Part shown: positions 46,586-56,444 of the stretch, piece after piece
Layout: each line of letters begins with the position of its first letter
How positions within the stretch are numbered: position 1 is the first letter of the stretch
From: a virus
Lineage: Duplodnaviria > Caudoviricetes
IMG/VR virus record: IMGVR_UViG_2974656638_000001
Coordinates: 1-64,000 of that record
Strand: one strand, 5' to 3'
DNA: 64,000 nucleotides
The notes under the pieces: generated by a model
Database searches by the model: none
Seen by the model: only the letters and a program-made list of their open reading frames with translations
Told to the model about the DNA's origin: nothing
Program-made: the position numbers and the translations under genes

Positions 46586-47638
46586 TTGGATAAAATTATA
46601 TTTTTTACTGATTTTCATGCCCATATTTTTACCGAATTTTCTAAACCAGATGTGGAGTATGAAACAGACAGATTTAGAGAACAAATGGAAGTCTTACAAC
46701 AGGTATTTGACTTAGCTAGGGAGAATAAGGCAGATATTGTTTTTGGAGGAGACTTATTCCATAAACGAGGAGCTGTAGATACTAGAGTACTAAACCATGT
46801 TTTTCGTGTATTTGAAAGAAACACGGATATTGTAGTTCACCTACTGAGAGGAAATCATGATAGCTTTACAAACTCGATGAACACAGAGAGTAGTTTGGAG
46901 ACACTTAGAGGTTTACCTAATGTGGAAGTTTACAGCAACCCTTCTATTGTAGAGACTGAAAAATATAAGTTATATATGCTACCTTATGGGGATGAAGTGC
47001 AAGAGATGAAAGACTGGATTAACAGTTTAGACATTGAAGCAGGTAAAAGTAATATCTTAGTTGCTCATATAGGGGTAGAGGGAGCGTTAACAGGTAAAGG
47101 TTCCCACAGACTAGAAGGTGCATTTACAACAGGAGATTTAAGAACAAGCGACTTTGATGTTATTGCTCTTGGGCATTATCACAAGAGACAGCTACTACTA
47201 GATGTTCCTAATATATTTTATGGGGGGAACACCATTCAGAACACTTTTTCTGATGAAGGGCAAGAGAAGGGTGTATGGCTAATTGACTGTTCAGATGTTA
47301 AAAATACAACAAGTACTTTTATTCCTATTAGTAGCCGTAAGTTTATTACTATTGACGGAGATAACATTCCTGATGATATAGAAGAACTTATTGAACAAGG
47401 CAACTTTATTAGGTTTATTGGAAGTAAAGAACAGGCTAAAAAAATTGACTTATATGGAGAAGAAAGTACAGGTATTAGAGTAGAGCTACGAAAAGAGTAT
47501 ACAACTGATGTTCGACTAGGGATTGATGAAAAGTCCTCTCCCGAAGCTATTTCTAAAGCCTATGCAGAGAAATTTAGTCCCTCTGCAACAAGTGAAATAG
47601 TAGAGTGTATAAAAGAGGCACTTGTGAGAGAAAAATAA
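46586..47638 (+). CDS. sbcD: SbcD/Mre11-like recombination nuclease
   Basis: TDFH, GGDLF, GNHD, AHIG, LGHYH. Confidence 0.92.
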   Translation: MDKIIFFTDFHAHIFTEFSKPDVEYETDRFREQMEVLQQVFDLARENKADIVFGGDLFHKRGAVDTRVLNHVFRVFERNTDIVVHLLRGNHDSFTNSMNTESSLETLRGLPNVEVYSNPSIVETEKYKLYMLPYGDEVQEMKDWINSLDIEAGKSNILVAHIGVEGALTGKGSHRLEGAFTTGDLRTSDFDVIALGHYHKRQLLLDVPNIFYGGNTIQNTFSDEGQEKGVWLIDCSDVKNTTSTFIPISSRKFITIDGDNIPDDIEELIEQGNFIRFIGSKEQAKKIDLYGEESTGIRVELRKEYTTDVRLGIDEKSSPEAISKAYAEKFSPSATSEIVECIKEALVREK

Positions 47639-47642
47639 GCCT

Positions 47643-47701
47643 AAAGCTGAGGATATTCCTCAGCTTTTCTTATTGACTTTTTTAGTAAAGTATAGTATAC
47701 T
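47643..47701 (+). promoter_or_regulatory. Terminator (47643-47668) plus sigmaA promoter TTGACT-17-TATACT (47673-47701)
   Basis: AAAGCTGAGGA/TCCTCAGCTTT hairpin; consensus spacing. Confidence 0.75.
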
Positions 47702-47732
47702 AAAGTTACAAATAAAAAGAAGGAGGAAAAGA

Positions 47733-49617
47733 ATGTTCACTTTTAAAAAAGTAAAGATAAAAAACTTCTTATCTATCAAAGACATGGAGCTTAATTTAGA
47801 CAAACAAGGTCTAGTTCTGATAGAAGGAAAGAATAAGACAAATGAAGCCTTTAAGTCTAATGGTGCAGGTAAGACAAGTATGATTGATGCTATTACTTAC
47901 GCTATCTTTGGTAAGACAGTAGGTGGGCTTAAATCGGATTCAGTTGTTAATAACAAAGAGAAGAAGAACACTGCTGTAATTTTAGACTTCGAAGTTGACA
48001 AGAATAAATACCGAATTGAACGCTATAGAAAAGACAAAAAAGAGGGTAATATAGTAAAGCTCTACCAAGGTAAAAAACAATATTACAAAGAGTACAGTGG
48101 ACAACACAGATAAAGAGATTTTATCTCTATTCGGTATTGATTTTAATACGTATGTAAATGCTATTATGTACGGTCAAGGAGACATGCCTATTTTCTCCCA
48201 AGCAACGGATAAAGGTAAAAAGGAGATACTAGAGAGAATTACTAGTATTGACATCTATCAGAAGGCACAAGAAATCGCTAAAGAGAAAGTTAAAGAGAAG
48301 CAAGCTGAGCAACAAGAGATAGAAAATGAACTTGTAAAATATGACTATGAGCTTGTAGCTATTGACAACTTAGAAGAGCAAGAAAAAGAAAACTATAAAG
48401 CAGTCCAGCAAACAATAGAAGGTATCCAAGCAACCCTATCAGTAGCTAGTACAGAGCTAGAAAACTTTATGACAGAGGCTTACCCTAAGAAGGCAGAATT
48501 AGAGAATAGTATTGCACAGTTTATAGTCCCTCAAGTAGATAATACAAAAGTTAACGAGCTAAGAGCTGACTTAACGGAGGCAGAACGTAAATTATTACAA
48601 ATTAACAGTATTAAAGAAGGTTTTGACAGAGACTTACGAAAGCTAGCTAAAGACTATGAAAACCTTTCTAGTAGCAAGATTTGTCCTACATGTGGAACAG
48701 ACCTCGGGGTGGATAGTGAAGCACACATTGCAGAAACAAAAGCAGATATTGAAAAACAAATGAGTGTTCTTGGTGCAAAAACCCATAAAATTTTAGTAGC
48801 GTTACCTTCTGTAAATACAACTATTGAGAGCAAAAAGGAGCTCGTACAACAAGAGATAGCTAAAAATGAGGAGATACAAAGAAATTACAATCAGCTAGTG
48901 TCAACAGTCAGGGGATATGAACAAGAGGTACAACAACTAGAAAACACAAAAAATAGTTTAGAAGAGAAAGTGGCTTCACAACAAACATATTTATCACAGG
49001 TACAAAGTATGCCTAAGCCAAAAAGTAGAGACAAGGATAGAGAAGAAGTACACAAAAAAATAGAAGCAACTAAGTTGCAAGTGCTAGACAAACAAAAAGA
49101 GACTGAGAAGTATGAGGAAGCAGTAAAAGCCTTCTCAAATGCTGGTATTCGTTCTATGGTTCTTGACTTAGTAACTCCTTTTTTAAATGAGAAAGCTAAT
49201 AAATATTTAACAGTGTTGTCAGGTTCAGATATTGAAATTAATTTTACTACACAAGTTAAAAACTCTAAAGGGGAACTAAAAGATAAGTTTGATGTAGAAA
49301 TAATCAATGGTAGTGGAGGCTCTAACTATAAAGCTAACTCTGCTGGTGAGAAGAAAAGAATCGACCTTGCAATTTCTTTTGCAATCCAAGATTTAGTTAT
49401 GAGTAAGGCAGAACTATCTACAAATATTGCATTGTATGACGAATGTTTTGACGGTCTGGACAGCATAGGTTGTGAGAACGTTATTACTTTGTTAAAAGAA
49501 AGATTAGAAACAGTAAGCAGTATATTTGTTATAACGCACAATGAGAACTTAAAACCTTTATTTGAGAAGGTAATCACTGTGCAGAAAGAGGATGGGGTTA
49601 CTACCCTAATAAACTAA
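47733..49617 (+). pseudogene. sbcC: SbcC/Rad50-like ATPase, frameshifted by one extra A at 48072-48077 (627 aa if corrected)
   Basis: Walker A SNGAGKT in the first frame; Q-loop, CPTC hook, SAGE and LYDE in the second; deleting one A joins them. Confidence 0.85.
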
Positions 49618-49636
49618 GGATTTGGAGAGCTATAAA

Positions 49637-50227
49637 ATGAAAGTAAAAATTATGACAGAAGAAAAAGGGGTACTCACCTCAGAAGTAAGCAAGAGGTCAA
49701 CTAAGAAAGAGGCTATCTACTCCGCAAATGTTTTTCCTATTAGTAGCTTGTACAAGTGGTACCCCTTTAATACTAACTACGCCTATGTAGTAGACAAGCA
49801 TGGGGTATACAGACTCACTGAACTAGATGACTGTATTCATACATCGTATAACTTGGTAAGTGAAGAAAAAGCTAAGTTAGACCCGACAAAGTGGCACAAT
49901 AAAACCGTAACACAAAGCAACTTATTACTTTGTAGACTAGCAAATAAGCTAGGGATAAAAAGCATTAAAGATGATTTTAACCAACAAGATGTAGAAAACG
50001 GATTTGAGGTTATCAGTACAGAGTTAGCCTATATCAAAGAACAAGCGACAGCACGTTGCTACGGGGATAAAGATGTCTTTGAAAGAAGTGAACTACTCAA
50101 GAAAAGTAAAGAAGAAAGAGAACAAGCATACTTTGAGTACTTAACTGTAGAGGAGGTAAACTTCCAATATAAGTTAGGAGAGCTATACGCTATGCTTGTA
50201 CTTATGCGGAAGGTGGTAAACTACTAA
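49637..50227 (+). CDS. Conserved hypothetical protein between sbcC and primase
   Basis: GGAG supports ATG 49637; coupled to primase. Confidence 0.7.
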   Translation: MKVKIMTEEKGVLTSEVSKRSTKKEAIYSANVFPISSLYKWYPFNTNYAYVVDKHGVYRLTELDDCIHTSYNLVSEEKAKLDPTKWHNKTVTQSNLLLCRLANKLGIKSIKDDFNQQDVENGFEVISTELAYIKEQATARCYGDKDVFERSELLKKSKEEREQAYFEYLTVEEVNFQYKLGELYAMLVLMRKVVNY

Positions 50228-51288
50228 TGTTTTTAGACTACATTACAAGTGAGCTAGGAACACATAAAGATATAGGGCATGAATTACGGTTCTGTTGCCC
50301 TTTTTGTGGAGAAGACGACTACAAATTTTATGTGAAGGTATCAGGGGACAAAACAGAAGGTCTTTGGCATTGTAAAAAATGTAATGAAAAAGGTAACCCT
50401 GTTACTTTTGTTATGAAGTATCTTAACATTAATTTTAAAGATGCCTTAGATATACTAGAGGTGTACGACTATGAGATAGACGAAAACAGCCTATCTAGCA
50501 GAGACGTAGGGGTAACAGAGGAAGAGTTTCTGCTTATACTATTAAAGAAATCTAGTGAGCCTGAGGAAGTAGAAATTAGTGAGGAAGTGACTCTCACGCC
50601 ACCTAGGCTACCTACCAATTTTAAAAGACTAGCAGACAACATGAATAACCCCGAGGCATTACCTTTTCTAAACTACGCACACTCCCGAGGTATAACTTTA
50701 GACCAACTATTCCTACACAACATAGGATATGTTATAGAGGGGCAAGTAGAAAAAGTAGATGGTAATATGATGACACTTAGAAATCACCTTGTTTTTCTAA
50801 CACATGGGAATGATGGACAATACCAATATTGGAACACCCGAGCCATAACACCTATGGGGATAAAAGCTTTTAATGCTCCTAGCAAACAGGACGAGTACTC
50901 TAAAAGAACAACTGTTTTTAACCTAAATATTGCTAAGAATACGCCTTATGTTATTGTTCACGAAGGGGTAATTGATGCCTTAACAATGGGAGAGTCGGGA
51001 GTAGCTACTTTTGGTAAACAGATAACAAGAGAACAGATAGAGTTACTATTAAATAATGTTAGAGAAGACCAGCCTATTTATTTATTCCTAGATACAGAGG
51101 CTTATGAAGTTACTACTAAGATAGCTAGCAGTCTTTATGAAAAGCATAAAGAAACCTACATCGTTATCCATGGAGATGAGGATGCCAATGATATGGGATA
51201 TGAAAAATCTTGGGACTGTTTAAGAAATAATTCAGTAAGAGCTAATGAGGAAGGTATAAGTATTTTTTTAGTATCTTGCATTCAGTAA
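50227..51288 (+). CDS. DNA primase (Zn finger plus Toprim)
   Basis: CPFC...CKKC; HEGVIDALT; FLDTE; DAND. Confidence 0.92.
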   Translation: MFLDYITSELGTHKDIGHELRFCCPFCGEDDYKFYVKVSGDKTEGLWHCKKCNEKGNPVTFVMKYLNINFKDALDILEVYDYEIDENSLSSRDVGVTEEEFLLILLKKSSEPEEVEISEEVTLTPPRLPTNFKRLADNMNNPEALPFLNYAHSRGITLDQLFLHNIGYVIEGQVEKVDGNMMTLRNHLVFLTHGNDGQYQYWNTRAITPMGIKAFNAPSKQDEYSKRTTVFNLNIAKNTPYVIVHEGVIDALTMGESGVATFGKQITREQIELLLNNVREDQPIYLFLDTEAYEVTTKIASSLYEKHKETYIVIHGDEDANDMGYEKSWDCLRNNSVRANEEGISIFLVSCIQ

Positions 51289-51304
51289 TAAAGTATGATA
51301 TAAT
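51276..51304 (+). promoter_or_regulatory. sigmaA-type promoter TTGCAT-17-(TG)TATAAT
   Basis: Consensus spacing with an extended -10. Confidence 0.65.
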
Positions 51305-51334
51305 AGAGCAGACAAGTAAGAAGGAGGAATTTTA

Positions 51335-51982
51335 TTGAGTAATAAAGTAAATGTAAAAGTTAAGTTAGAGGGAGGAGCTACTATGCCCTCACAAGGGTAT
51401 GATAATGATGTAGCCTTCGATTTATACACATCAGAGGATGCTATTATTTGCCCTGATGCAGTGGGAGCTACACTAATTCCTACAGGATTAAGAACAGAGT
51501 TTGACCCCACTAAGTTTGGGCTATTCATCAGTCCTCGTTCAAGTATTATGAACTTACCTTTAACCCTAGCTAACAACACAGGAATTGTAGAAGGAACATA
51601 TCGTGGAGGTATTGGTATTCCTTTAAAAAATACGTTGTCTATGACAGGTTTTTCTGATTTTGCACTAACATGGAACCCAGACAAGAAGGTAGTAGAACGT
51701 ATCCCTGTAGAGAAGTTACCTACAGGTAAACTTAGAAGTGCGGAAAAAATGTTTTACACAGACCAAGCATTATTGTATGATAACACACTACCAGAAGAAC
51801 TAGCAGACCAATTGTTTGTTACTTTGGTGCCGACTGGGACATTCTTTTTACCAAAAGGCTTCCGTATTATGCAAGCTTACCTTCTACCTAAATATCATCT
51901 AGACCTAGAAAAAACAGACAAACTATCAGACAGCCCTAGAGGGGATAAAGGGTTTGGCAGTTCAGGACATGGAGGAAAGTGA
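51335..51982 (+). CDS. dut: Trimeric dUTPase with an insertion
   Basis: AFDLY, PRSS, GIVEGTYRG, RIMQ, RGDKGFGSSG. Confidence 0.9.
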   Translation: MSNKVNVKVKLEGGATMPSQGYDNDVAFDLYTSEDAIICPDAVGATLIPTGLRTEFDPTKFGLFISPRSSIMNLPLTLANNTGIVEGTYRGGIGIPLKNTLSMTGFSDFALTWNPDKKVVERIPVEKLPTGKLRSAEKMFYTDQALLYDNTLPEELADQLFVTLVPTGTFFLPKGFRIMQAYLLPKYHLDLEKTDKLSDSPRGDKGFGSSGHGGK

Positions 51983-52203
51983 TTCCTTTAGACCCTATTA
52001 TCCTTATTGCCGACTCTATAGGCATAGGTTATTCAAAAGGAAATATAACACTGTCTTTAAAACTACGGGATAAGTATACGGGTACCGAGGTAGAAAAAAT
52101 AGCTTTATTAGCCGTTGGTAGCTTCTCAGAAAAAGTAACGCTTGTTAGTAGTGAGCTAGTAGATAATGTGTATAAAATAAAAGTTAAGATGGAGGAATTA
52201 TGA
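51979..52203 (+). CDS. Hypothetical protein
   Basis: GTGA overlap; GGAGG RBS. Confidence 0.7.
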   Translation: MIPLDPIILIADSIGIGYSKGNITLSLKLRDKYTGTEVEKIALLAVGSFSEKVTLVSSELVDNVYKIKVKMEEL

Positions 52204-52523
52204 AAGATTTTACTCAGTATTTTAAAGAAGTACAAGATGCACAAAAAAGAGAGGACTCTGAAACTGTAGAAAGACTTGCAGTAGAATATGGAGATAAAAC
52301 TATTACGTATAAAGAACTTAGACATACGTTAGGTTCCGTCTTGTTGCCACTAATTATTGGAACAATGGAAATCAATAAGCAGTTGGCAGACACCTCTTTA
52401 GACATCGTTATCAATATGTTAGAAAAAGAGAATGTATTATCAGAGGATACCTTAATTGATTTAAGGCAACTAATTACTAGCATGAAACAATCAGTAGAAG
52501 GAGGAGAAGGAGAAAATGAGTAA
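52200..52523 (+). CDS. Hypothetical protein
   Basis: ATGA overlap. Confidence 0.72.
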   Translation: MKDFTQYFKEVQDAQKREDSETVERLAVEYGDKTITYKELRHTLGSVLLPLIIGTMEINKQLADTSLDIVINMLEKENVLSEDTLIDLRQLITSMKQSVEGGEGENE

Positions 52524-52938
52524 AGAACAAAAGCAGTTAAGTAAAGAGGATTTAACTTTATGGGTTAACTTTGTAGTAACTGGTAAGGTTGAAAAAGGGA
52601 CGGAGAAACAGCTAAATCGTATTTCTAAACGAGAGGTATCTGTAGGAGATGTAACCACCCTAATCCGTGCTCTTACAAGTCATCATGATGCGTACATTAG
52701 TTCTCTTATTGAAGCTAATTCAGTTCTTAGAGTGGTAATGCGAGATGAGTTAAATATCTCAGAAGCTCAAATGGACAAGGCGTTAAATACCTATAAGCAA
52801 CAAGTAGGTACAGCACTCCAAAAGACACATGATGCTATCATGGAAAAAGCACAAGAAAATGTGGAGTTCACAGAAGAAGAACTAGAGGTACAGAAAAAAC
52901 TAGAAGAATATGATACTAAAAATAAAAAAGAGGAATAA
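52516..52938 (+). CDS. Hypothetical protein
   Basis: RBS; overlaps the upstream gene. Confidence 0.75.
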   Translation: MSKEQKQLSKEDLTLWVNFVVTGKVEKGTEKQLNRISKREVSVGDVTTLIRALTSHHDAYISSLIEANSVLRVVMRDELNISEAQMDKALNTYKQQVGTALQKTHDAIMEKAQENVEFTEEELEVQKKLEEYDTKNKKEE

Positions 52939-52940
52939 GA

Positions 52941-53561
52941 ATGGCTAGTACAGGAAGAGGAAGTCAAGTAAAAGGTTCTAAATTTGAAAGAGAGACCGCT
53001 AAAGCTTTATCTGTTTGGTGGGGAGCTACCTTTAATAGAACACCGGGTTCTGGCGGGCTAAAATGGGCGGAAGAAAACAATGTAGGTGGCGATATAGTAG
53101 CCCCTCCCTCCGCAGGTTTCCCTTTCATTGTTGAATGTAAAAAACATGAAGGGTGGACACTAGACAATGTATTCCTTAATACAGGAGAGCCTAAGTCTTG
53201 GTGGAAACAAGTAGTATCAGATGCCACAAGAACGAATAAGATACCCTTGTTAATGTTCTCTAGAAACAGGGCTAAAAGCTTTGTTATGCTACCTTATGAT
53301 GACTTGCTATATAACGTATTACGTGATAAAAGAAGTACAGTAGCTAGAACTACAGTGTCATTTAAGAATATCAGGGAAGAAAGTGTGTTCTATGATGTAA
53401 TGGTGTTCACTATAGAAGAGTTAACTAGCTTCTCTCCTGATTTTTTAAGAGAACACTATAGTAAGTATAGTTGGGATTTCTTTTACAAAGAAGTGGACGA
53501 GAACTCTGTAGAAGATTTAGAAACAGGTATAGATAAAATGTTAGACAACCTAGAAGGTTAA
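52941..53561 (+). CDS. Holliday junction resolvase (PD-(D/E)XK, Hjc-like)
   Basis: KGSKFER, RTPGSGG, GGDI, VECKKH. Confidence 0.85.
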   Translation: MASTGRGSQVKGSKFERETAKALSVWWGATFNRTPGSGGLKWAEENNVGGDIVAPPSAGFPFIVECKKHEGWTLDNVFLNTGEPKSWWKQVVSDATRTNKIPLLMFSRNRAKSFVMLPYDDLLYNVLRDKRSTVARTTVSFKNIREESVFYDVMVFTIEELTSFSPDFLREHYSKYSWDFFYKEVDENSVEDLETGIDKMLDNLEG

Positions 53562-53677
53562 AATAAAGAAAAACACTAAGTAGGTCTTTTGTGGTGACAT
53601 ATACATAAGCCTACTTTTAGTGTATTGTGCTATACTAGAGTAGAACGGAAAAACAAAATATGTTTGGAGGAATATCG

Positions 53678-56269
53678 TTGACAATAATAGTAAAAGACAA
53701 CGGAAGTAGAAAACTACCTTTTGAGGAAGACAGACTAAACAGGTACCTAGATAACATAAAAAAAGAGTTTCCTAAGTTAAATATAGAGAGTTATCGAAAA
53801 AAGGCAATACACTATATTTTAAGCAAGGACGAGTATTCTGTAGACGAAATGGTAGACTACCTAATAAGAGAAGCAGAATCTCGGGTAGACGTTACCACAC
53901 CTGAATGGGAGTTTTTTGCTACTAGACTATATTTACAAAGATTGTATAAGAAAGCTAGTAAAAACAGGTTTTACGATGTAATTATGAAGTATGGTTCTTA
54001 CGTGGGTTTGCATGAGAGTCTAGCACAAAGAGGAATATATTCCGTAGATATTTTAGAGAAGTATTCAAGAGAAGAGCTTATGGAAGCTGAAACGTTTATT
54101 GACAGTAGCAAAGACCTTCTCTTTACTTACAATGGTTTGTACCTACTAGCTACTCGCTATCTAGCAACAGATGAGGATAAGAAAGTATTTGAGTTACCAC
54201 AAGAACGATGGTTAACTATTGCTTTATTTTTGATGCAAGATGAAAAAGAAAATAGAATGAAGTTAGTAGAAGAAGCTTATTGGGCGTTAAGTAACTTGTA
54301 TATGACAGTAGCAACCCCCACATTAGCAAATGCAGGTAAAGTAGGCGGGCAACTATCCAGTTGTTTTATAGATACGGTAGATGATAGTTTGCAAGGTATT
54401 TACGATAGCAATACAGATGTTGCTAGAGTTTCTAAGCAAGGCGGAGGCGTAGGAGTCTATATAGGCAATGTAAGGTCGTCAGGAGCACCTATTAGAGGAG
54501 TTCTCGGTGCTAGTGGGGGAACGGTACCTTGGATTAAACAATTAAACAATACGGCTGTTAGTGTAGACCAGCTAGGAGCAAGAAAAGGCGCTATAACTGT
54601 AACGTTAGATGTTTTCCACAAAGATATAGAAGCCTTTCTGGATTTAAGACTAAACAATGGAGACCAACGTTTACGGGCTCACGACATTTTTACTTCTGTT
54701 TCTATTCCTGATTTATTTATGGAAGCTGTAGAGAATAGAGGGGAATGGTATTTATTTGACCCTTACGAGGTTAAGCAGAAAAAAGGTTGGTACCTACAAG
54801 ACTACTATGATAAAGAAAAAGGTAGTGGTTTATTCCGAGAAAAATATGAAGAACTCATTCAAGATGGCACGATTAGTAAGAAGAGAGTGAAAGCTCTTGA
54901 TATGATGAAACGTATCATGATTAGTCAGCTAGAGACAGGAACACCATTCATGTTTTATCGAGATACTGTAAATAGAGCTAACCCCAACTCCCATGCTGGA
55001 ATGATTTATGCTAGTAATTTGTGTTAATTCTATGGCACCTTTGGGTAGCAATACTCATCGAAAACTTTTCTTAAACGGGCATAGCTGAATACGATGAATA
55101 AGCTGGTAAGAGAGCCTAAGTCCTTGAGTGAGGATAGAGGTAATCCCGTGCTAAATTATAATAAAATCTTTATTGTATAAATGCCTAACGACTATCGAAA
55201 AGCTACTTTTTAGTAGAACTTAGTAGAGTACACTCAAGTGAGTGGAAACAGAAAAGACTCCCATGTGGAGTATGATATAGTCTTTTCTTTACAGAAATGT
55301 AAAGCAGTTAGTACACTAACGGGTAGGGAATTAACGACCCTTACTGAAAGCAAGCAAGAAATCGCACAAAATATGTCAGCTACGGTAGTTACAGAGGAAA
55401 TTATAGATGGAGATAAAATTGTTGTAACAAAAGAAGCAGGAGACTTCGTAGTTTGTAACTTGTCTTCTATTAACTTAGGTTCTGTATTTTCCGAAGAAGA
55501 CGTTATCGACCGACTAGTAACCATTCAAGTTAGGATGCTAGACAATGTAATTGAGTTAAACAAACTACCTGTACCACAAGCTCTAATTACTAACCAGAAG
55601 TATAGGGCAGTGGGATTAGGAACTTTTGGGTGGCACCACCTACTAGCTAAAAAAGGTATTCATTGGGACAGTGAAGAGGCTACTAATTTTGCAGATAGCC
55701 TATATGAAAGAATTGCTTTTCACACTATCGAAGCAAGTATGAAACTAGCCGAGGAAAAAGGAGCTTACCCATACTTTAAAGACAGTTCGTGGGATACAGG
55801 GGAGTACTTCTCTAGTAGAAACTATACTAGTGATACTTGGGTTGACCTAGCTAAAAAAGTGAAAGAGAAAGGTATTAGAAATGGTTACTTAATGGCAGTA
55901 GCACCTAATATGTCCACAGCGCAGATAGCAGGCTCTACAGCCTCTATTGACCCTATCTATGACTCTTTCTATTATGAAGAGAAAAAAGACTACAGACGAC
56001 CTGTGATAGCCCCTGAGTTGAACTTGAACACTTACGCTTTCTATAAAAGTGCTTACAAAGTAAACCAGATTCAAAGTGTTAAGCAGAATGGTAAAAGACA
56101 AAGACACATAGACCAAGCTATCAGTTTTAACTTCTATGTACCTAGTGGCATTAAAGCAAGTAAACTACTTGAGTTGCACACTACAGCGTGGAGTGAAGGT
56201 CTAAAAACAACTTACTATGTTCGTTCTAATGACATTGATGTGGAAGAATGTGAGTGGTGCTCTAGCTAA
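53678..56269 (+). CDS. nrdA: Class I ribonucleotide reductase alpha subunit, spliced: join(53678..55024,55355..56269), 753 aa
   Basis: TTG 53678 after GGAGG; ATPTLAN, QLSSCF; splicing restores SNLC-QEI; VCNLSS, TTYY, CEWCSS. Confidence 0.93.
55025..55354 (+). ncRNA. Group I self-splicing intron (IA2-like, 330 nt, no ORF) in nrdA
   Basis: Exon ends TGU 55024; P1 GUGU/GCAC (55035-55038); AAACGGGCATAG, AATCCCGTGCTAAA, AACGACTA, GATATAGTC; terminal G55354. Confidence 0.93.
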
Positions 56270-56275
56270 CAGCTA

Positions 56276-56396
56276 TTGACAACATGACCCTTTTATGATA
56301 TGCTTATAGCATAAAGTAAGAGGGTTTTTCCTTGTTGCAGAGAGGTGTGAGAAATAATTCAAGGTATTTGACAAACGATTTAATGTGTGGTATACT
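56276..56396 (+). promoter_or_regulatory. Two tandem sigmaA promoters before nrdB (TTGACA-17-TATGCT at 56276; TTGACA-17-TATACT at 56368); the first overlaps a terminator-like hairpin
   Basis: Consensus -35, 17-nt spacers, extended TG. Confidence 0.7.
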
Positions 56397-56444
56397 TGCC
56401 CTAAATGTACAGGAAAACTACTAAAAATAGAGGAGGAGAACTAA

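Noticed and set aside
47673-47732. Extended N-terminus of sbcC from TTG 47673
   Set aside because: That TTG is the -35 hexamer; AGGAGG supports ATG 47733.
55149-55162. TGCTAAATTATAAT inside the nrdA intron as a late promoter
   Set aside because: It overlaps the conserved Q/P6 element shared with the terL intron, and no ORF follows.
55238-55354. N-terminus MSGNRKDSHV... of the 343-aa ORF
   Set aside because: This is intron P7.2-P9 sequence, not an independent gene start.
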